Under the pieces are notes generated by a model, which searched no databases, was not told the DNA's origin, and worked only from the letters and a program-made list of their open reading frames with translations. The translations under genes and the position numbers were made by a program. From IMG/VR virus record IMGVR_UViG_3300014691_000062: 19,618 bases of DNA; one strand, written 5' to 3'. This stretch comes from a virus. Its lineage: Duplodnaviria; Heunggongvirae; Uroviricota; Caudoviricetes. The first letter of the stretch is position 1, and every line of letters starts with the position of its first letter. This document shows positions 15,105 through 19,618 of the stretch, in pieces.

Positions 15105-15545
15105 CTCGCCTGATGTGGCTAAAAGCAGGCACATAACAGCTAAGTATTTTTAACCAGAGAGAATCCTTAGCGTTGTGGTGAATGCGGCTCAGCGCACGCG
15201 GGTTAAGGTTGAGGCTGACAGTCGACCTTCTGTGGATACCCACCCGTCTGGTGTGCAACCTTCGCCAGGCACCGGGAGGCACCCGGCACCACAACTTTAT
15301 GCTGTGTGTAGTCCTGGAGGTACCAGTTTGTACCCTTGCTTCCGGCTGGTACCGTCCTTTTTACAAAACAGAGAAGAGCATCACCGGACGACGGGCTCAT
15401 AACCCAATCCATCCGGGCGGCTGCCACCGCAGGTGTTCTTCTCTGTTTTGTGGAGAAACTAACCGCCCCTACGGGGGCATTCATGGAAATGTAATTGACT
15501 CAATAATCGCCGGACGGTGAGGGCTTCCTTTTACCCGAATTCAGC
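15105..15545. other. GC-rich, ORF-poor, self-complementary segment (candidate structured RNA or decayed remnant)
   Basis: Only short ORFs with R/P/G-rich nonsense translations in several frames; nested inverted repeats (ggtaccag…ctggtacc 15320..15353; aacagagaaga…tcttctctgtt ~15367..15446; gcccctacgggggc ~15465..15478). Confidence 0.35.
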
Positions 15546-15575
15546 GCGGTGCAGCGCATATACGTGGAGAACAAA

Positions 15576-16112
15576 ATGTCATTTATTAAAACTTTTTCCG
15601 GGAAGCATTTTTATTATGACAGGATAAATAAAGACGACATCGTTATTAACGATATCGCGGTTTCCCTTTCAAATATCTGTCGCTTTGCAGGACATCTTTC
15701 ACACTTCTACAGTGTCGCCCAACATGCGGTGCTTTGCAGCCAGCTGGTGCCGCAGGAATTTGCTTTTGAAGCTTTAATGCATGATGCAACAGAAGCATAT
15801 TGCCAGGACATCCCCGCACCACTGAAACGACTTCTTCCTGACTATAAACGTATGGAAGAAAAAATAGACGCCGTAATCCGTGAGAAATACGGGTTACCTC
15901 CTGTTATGAGCACGCCAGTGAAATATGCCGATCTCATTATGCTGGCAACCGAACGCCGCGATCTCGGGCTTGATGATGGCTCTTTCTGGCCTGTACTGGA
16001 AGGTATCACGGCAACAGAGATGTTCAAAGTGATTCCACAGGCACCGGGCCATGCCTACGGGATGTTTATGGAACGTTTTAACGAGTTATCGGAGTTACGC
16101 AAATGCGCATGA
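15576..16112 (+). CDS. HD-domain phosphohydrolase
   Basis: H…H and HD motifs (…RFAGHLSHFYSVAQHA…LMHDATEAY…); ATG at 15576 with GGAGA SD (track start 15549 is GTG). Confidence 0.75.
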   Translation: MSFIKTFSGKHFYYDRINKDDIVINDIAVSLSNICRFAGHLSHFYSVAQHAVLCSQLVPQEFAFEALMHDATEAYCQDIPAPLKRLLPDYKRMEEKIDAVIREKYGLPPVMSTPVKYADLIMLATERRDLGLDDGSFWPVLEGITATEMFKVIPQAPGHAYGMFMERFNELSELRKCA

Positions 16113-16465
16113 ATGTTTTCGAAATGGAAGGGTTTCTTCGTGGGAGATGTGTACCGCGAGATCTGAAAGTGAATGAAACAGATGCTGAATACCTGGTACG
16201 TAAATTCGATGCGCTTGAAGCTAAATGTACAGCACTGGAAAACAAAGTAATACCAGTGTCAGCTGAACTGCCGCCAGCAAATGAAAGTGTTCTGTTATTT
16301 GATGCTAATGGAGAAGGCTGGCTGATTGGCTGGCGTTCTCTCTGGTACACCTGGGGACAAAAAGAAACCGGAGAATGGCAGTGGACATTTCAGGTCGGGG
16401 ACCTTGAAAACGTCAATATCACTCACTGGGCAGTAATGCCAAAAGCACCGGAGGCTGGAGCATAA
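16103..16465 (+). CDS. DUF551-like phage protein
   Basis: 120 aa, Trp-rich C-terminal half (…GWLIGWRSLWYTWGQKETGEWQW…); GGAG SD; start overlaps the upstream stop. Confidence 0.55.
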   Translation: MRMNVFEMEGFLRGRCVPRDLKVNETDAEYLVRKFDALEAKCTALENKVIPVSAELPPANESVLLFDANGEGWLIGWRSLWYTWGQKETGEWQWTFQVGDLENVNITHWAVMPKAPEAGA

Positions 16466-16770
16466 TGACCACTTTTACCGACAAAGAACTGATTAAAGAA
16501 ATTAAAGAGCGTATCAGCAGCCTTGACGTGCGAGACGATATTGAGCGCCGTGCTTATGAAATCGCACTCCTATCTCTGGAAGTAGAACCAGATGAACGCG
16601 AAGCTTATGAATTATTCATGGAAAAGCGTTTCGGTGACTTAGTAGATCGTCGGAGAGCAAAAAACGGCGATAACGAATACATGGCATGGGATATGACTCT
16701 CGGTTGGATCGTCTGGCAGCAACGAGCTGGTATCCATTTTTCAACAATGTCACAACAAGAGGTGAAATAA
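16465..16770 (+). CDS. Hypothetical early-region (ea-type) phage protein
   Basis: 101 aa; TAATG overlap with the upstream gene and ATGA-type overlap with xis. Confidence 0.55.
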   Translation: MTTFTDKELIKEIKERISSLDVRDDIERRAYEIALLSLEVEPDEREAYELFMEKRFGDLVDRRRAKNGDNEYMAWDMTLGWIVWQQRAGIHFSTMSQQEVK

Positions 16771-17120
16771 TGGAGCCATACAGCCTCACACTCGATGAGG
16801 CCTGTCATTTTCTCAAGATATCCAGACCGACTGCCATTAACTGGATACGCACAGGGCGTCTTCAGGCAACACGTAAAGATCCCACTAAGAATAAATCTCC
16901 TTACCTCACAACACGACAAGCCTGCATTGCGGCTCTTCAGTCTCCGCTGCATACTGTCCAGGTGAGCGCGGGTGATGGCATAACAGAGGAAAGAAAATGT
17001 CACTCTTCCGCAGAGGTGAAATATGGTACGCCAGTTTCACATTGCCGAACGGTAAAAGATTTAAACAGTCTCTTGGAACAAAGGACAAAAGGCAGGCGAC
17101 AGAACTCCATGACAAGCTAA
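16770..17120 (+). CDS. xis: Excisionase (P22-type Xis)
   Basis: 116 aa from the ATG at 16770 ([33 protein letters not shown]…); HTH and position immediately upstream of int. The ORF overlaps the int start by 124 nt, so the true C-terminus may differ. Confidence 0.8.
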   Translation: MEPYSLTLDEACHFLKISRPTAINWIRTGRLQATRKDPTKNKSPYLTTRQACIAALQSPLHTVQVSAGDGITEERKCHSSAEVKYGTPVSHCRTVKDLNSLLEQRTKGRRQNSMTS

Positions 17121-18160
17121 AGGCTGAAGCATGGCGGGTCAGCAAACTTGGTGAAATACCTGATATAACGTTCGAGGAAGCTTGTGTCAGGTGGCTTGAA
17201 GAGAAAGCACATAAAAAATCACTGGACGATGACAAAAGCCGGATCGGATTCTGGCTTCAACATTTCGCAGGAATGCAACTAAGAGACATTACTGAATCAA
17301 AAATTTATTCAGCAATGCAGAAAATGACGAACCGGCGTCATGAGGAAAACTGGAAACTCAGGGCAGAAGCATGCAGAAAAAAAGGGAAACCTGTTCCAGA
17401 ATACACGCCAAAACCAGCGTCCGTTGCAACGAAGGCTACGCATCTTTCATTTATAAAGGCCCTACTAAGAGCCGCAGAGCGTGAATGGAAAATGCTGGAT
17501 AAGGCACCAATTATTAAAGTGCCTCAACCAAAGAATAAACGGATCCGCTGGCTGGAGCCCCATGAAGCACAAAGGCTGATTGATGAATGTCCGGAGCCAT
17601 TAAAGTCTGTTGTTGAATTTGCACTGGCAACAGGCTTAAGACGCTCGAACATCATCAACCTTGAATGGCAACAAATAGATATGCAGCGCCGGGTGGCATG
17701 GATAAACCCGGAAGAGAGTAAATCAAACCGCGCAATTGGCGTTGCGCTGAATGATACTGCATGTCGCGTATTGAAAAAACAAATCGGGAATCATCACCGT
17801 TGGGTATTTGTGTACAAGGAAAGCTGTACCAAACCAGACGGAACGAAAGCGCCAACAGTAAGGAAGATGCGGTATGACGCAAACACAGCCTGGAAAGCGG
17901 CGCTGAGACGGGCTGGTATTGATGATTTCAGATTTCACGACTTGAGACACACCTGGGCAAGTTGGCTGGTTCAAGCCGGAGTCCCGTTGTCAGTGTTACA
18001 GGAAATGGGAGGCTGGGAGTCTATCGAAATGGTTCGTCGATATGCTCACCTTGCACCTAATCACCTTACCGAACACGCACGGCAAATAGACTCGATCCTG
18101 AACCCATCGGTCCCAAATTTGTCCCAGTCAAAAAATAAGGAAGGTACTAATGATGTGTAA
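16997..18160 (+). CDS. int: Tyrosine site-specific integrase (P22-type Int)
   Basis: 387 aa; catalytic region …[16 protein letters not shown]…MVRRYAHL…; high similarity to P22 Int by recall; ends 14 bp before the 3' end of thrW. Confidence 0.95.
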   Translation: MSLFRRGEIWYASFTLPNGKRFKQSLGTKDKRQATELHDKLKAEAWRVSKLGEIPDITFEEACVRWLEEKAHKKSLDDDKSRIGFWLQHFAGMQLRDITESKIYSAMQKMTNRRHEENWKLRAEACRKKGKPVPEYTPKPASVATKATHLSFIKALLRAAEREWKMLDKAPIIKVPQPKNKRIRWLEPHEAQRLIDECPEPLKSVVEFALATGLRRSNIINLEWQQIDMQRRVAWINPEESKSNRAIGVALNDTACRVLKKQIGNHHRWVFVYKESCTKPDGTKAPTVRKMRYDANTAWKAALRRAGIDDFRFHDLRHTWASWLVQAGVPLSVLQEMGGWESIEMVRRYAHLAPNHLTEHARQIDSILNPSVPNLSQSKNKEGTNDV

Positions 18161-18250
18161 CTTATTGATTTTAATGGTGCCGATAATAGGAGTCGAACCT
18201 ACGACCTTCGCATTACGAATGCGCTGCTCTACCAACTGAGCTATATCGGC
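18161..18250. other. Putative attL (core expected to overlap the 3' part of thrW)
   Basis: Junction between the int stop and the tRNA; P22-type integrases are known to target the 3' end of thrW. Exact core boundaries cannot be set without attR or attB. Confidence 0.45.
18175..18250 (-). tRNA. thrW: tRNA-Thr (anticodon CGU)
   Basis: 76-nt minus-strand sequence GCCGATATAGCTCAGTTGGTAGAGCAGCGCATTCGTAATGCGAAGGTCGTAGGTTCGACTCCTATTATCGGCACCA: cloverleaf, CGT anticodon, encoded CCA end. Confidence 0.95.
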
Positions 18251-18364
18251 CCTGAAAGGACATGTTCACGAACGTGAATCACGGTGGACAAGGTTAAAAC
18301 TAACCGGGCGATGCGTCAATGGCCTTGTGAATCAAATGGCTACTTTTGCATCACCCGGTTTTAT

Positions 18365-19618
18365 TTACGCACGAATGGTGTAATCACCAATGCCGATCCA
18401 CTTGTAAGTGGTCAGTGCTTCCAGCCCCATTGGGCCACGCGCGTGGAGTTTTTGTGTGCTTACCGCCACTTCCGCACCCAGACCAAACTGGCCGCCGTCG
18501 GTAAAACGCGTAGAGGCGTTAACGTAAACAGCGGACGAATCCACTTCGTTAACAAAACGCTGGGCGTTGCGCATATCGCGGGTCAGGATCGCATCGGAGT
18601 GTTGTGTGCCGTGTTCACGAATATGGGCGATGGCATCGTCAAGATCGCTGATGATTTTGGCGTTCAAATCTAATGACAGAAACTCATCGTCATACTCTTC
18701 GGCTTTAACAGCAACCACCTTCGCAGGGCCTGCCTGCAACTGCGCCAGTGCAGCTGCATCTGCGTGTAATGTCACGCCGCTTTCCGCCATTTGTTTGCTT
18801 AATGCGGGCAGGAAGCTATCGGCGATGTTTTTATTCACCAGCAACGTTTCAACCGTATTACATGTGCTCGGACGCTGAGTTTTCGCGTTGACGATCACTT
18901 TTAATGCTTCAGCGATCTCTACACTTTCATCAACGTAAATATGGCATACGCCTATACCACCTGTGATCACCGGGATTGTCGACTGTTCACGGCACAGTTT
19001 ATGCAAACCAGCGCCACCACGCGGGATCAGCATGTCGATGTATTTATCCATACGCAGCATTTCACTGACCAGCGCACGGTCAGGATTATCAATCGCCTGC
19101 ACGGCACCCGCCGGTAAGCCGCAGGATTTCAGGGCGTCCTGAATCACCGCCACCGTTGCAGCGTTAGTGCGACACGTTTCTTTGCCACCGCGCAGGATCA
19201 CCGCATTACCGGTTTTCAGGCACAGCGAAGCGACATCAACCGTCACGTTCGGGCGCGCTTCATAAATCACGCCAATAACCCCCAGCGGTACGCGACGACG
19301 CTCAAGACGCAGGCCGCTGTCCAGTACGCTGCCATCGATTACCTGCCCCACCGGATCGGCGAGGTTACACACCTGGCGCACATCATCGGCAATGCCTTTC
19401 AGCCGTGCGGGCGTCAGTGCCAGACGGTCAAGCATCGCTTCGCCAAGGCCATTGGCACGCGCGTCAGCAACATCCTGGGCGTTAGCGTTGAGGATGATTT
19501 CGCTTTGTGCTTCCAGTTCATCGGCGATTTTTTCCAGCACGCGATTTTTTTCGCGGCTGGAGAGTTGCGCTAATTTATACGAGGCTTGCTTCGCGGCAAT
19601 GCCCATTTGTTCCAGCAT
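18365..19618 (-). CDS. proA: Gamma-glutamyl phosphate reductase
   Basis: Complete 417-aa ORF, start codon at the window edge; matches E. coli ProA by recall ([21 protein letters not shown]…). Confidence 0.95.
   Translation of the reverse strand: MLEQMGIAAKQASYKLAQLSSREKNRVLEKIADELEAQSEIILNANAQDVADARANGLGEAMLDRLALTPARLKGIADDVRQVCNLADPVGQVIDGSVLDSGLRLERRRVPLGVIGVIYEARPNVTVDVASLCLKTGNAVILRGGKETCRTNAATVAVIQDALKSCGLPAGAVQAIDNPDRALVSEMLRMDKYIDMLIPRGGAGLHKLCREQSTIPVITGGIGVCHIYVDESVEIAEALKVIVNAKTQRPSTCNTVETLLVNKNIADSFLPALSKQMAESGVTLHADAAALAQLQAGPAKVVAVKAEEYDDEFLSLDLNAKIISDLDDAIAHIREHGTQHSDAILTRDMRNAQRFVNEVDSSAVYVNASTRFTDGGQFGLGAEVAVSTQKLHARGPMGLEALTTYKWIGIGDYTIRA

Larger units (their letters stand above)
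1..18250. mobile_element. Lambdoid (mosaic) prophage, right-hand portion ending at attL in thrW; extends beyond the left window edge
   Basis: Contiguous phage modules (terminase, lysis, Q, nin, replication, cro/cI, xis-int) ending at a tyrosine integrase that abuts the 3' end of tRNA-Thr. Confidence 0.85.

Noticed and set aside
14950-15520. Four overlapping ORFs of 75 to 114 aa in the GC-rich segment (14950..15294 -, 15175..15402 +, 15182..15520 +, 15203..15484 -)
   Set aside because: Translations are R/P/G-rich and non-protein-like, mutually overlapping in several frames, with no SD or start context; this is what a GC-rich non-coding or structured region produces.
15105-15545. Retron msr/msd or hok/sok-type type I toxin locus as an explanation for the structured GC-rich segment
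   Set aside because: No reverse transcriptase gene follows, the inverted repeats are too closely spaced for retron a1/a2, and no Hok-like hydrophobic peptide was found in any frame. It is kept as an unassigned structured segment.
15842-17235. Minus-strand ORFs inside the HD, DUF551, ea, xis and int genes (15842..16027, 16078..16350, 16605..17003, 16906..17235), the long track start of xis (16686), and ORFs 17655..17882 and 17723..17974 inside int
   Set aside because: Antisense to a coupled plus-strand operon; the xis start is better placed at 16770, where it overlaps the upstream stop.
18284-18878. ORFs 18284..18673 (+) and 18567..18878 (+) opposite proA
   Set aside because: Antisense to the complete, well-conserved proA ORF.
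1-19618. CRISPR array or IS element
   Set aside because: No regularly spaced direct repeats with unique spacers and no transposase-like ORF or terminal inverted repeats; the only tandem repeats are the replication iterons and the 18-bp pair at 15047..15098.

Overview
This window is best read as the right-hand ~18 kb of a mosaic lambdoid prophage integrated at tRNA-Thr(CGU) (thrW) beside proA, in an E. coli-like chromosome. From left to right on the + strand: a packaging module on the minus strand (HNH endonuclease, small and large terminase), the bor lipoprotein gene, a lambda-type lysis cassette (holin, R, Rz/Rz1), an AT-rich two-gene cargo cassette on the opposite strand, the Q antiterminator, a nin-like block (DUF968, KilA-N, RusA, LexA-DNA-binding-domain protein, adenine methyltransferase), an iteron-containing replication initiator, a cro/cI immunity switch with repeated operator sites, an early-left region with a second AT-rich gene pair and a GC-rich ORF-free segment, then P22-type xis-int, attL/thrW and host proA. 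The two most interesting loci are the cassette between Q and the holin (a YejK/NdpA-like protein plus a membrane protein) and the convergent gene pair where an N-type antiterminator would be expected; neither matches a named system I can recognise from sequence alone. All protein assignments are from reading the translations against remembered family signatures; no database search was run. Three N-runs interrupt the large terminase, Rz and the replication gene, so frames across them are unreliable.
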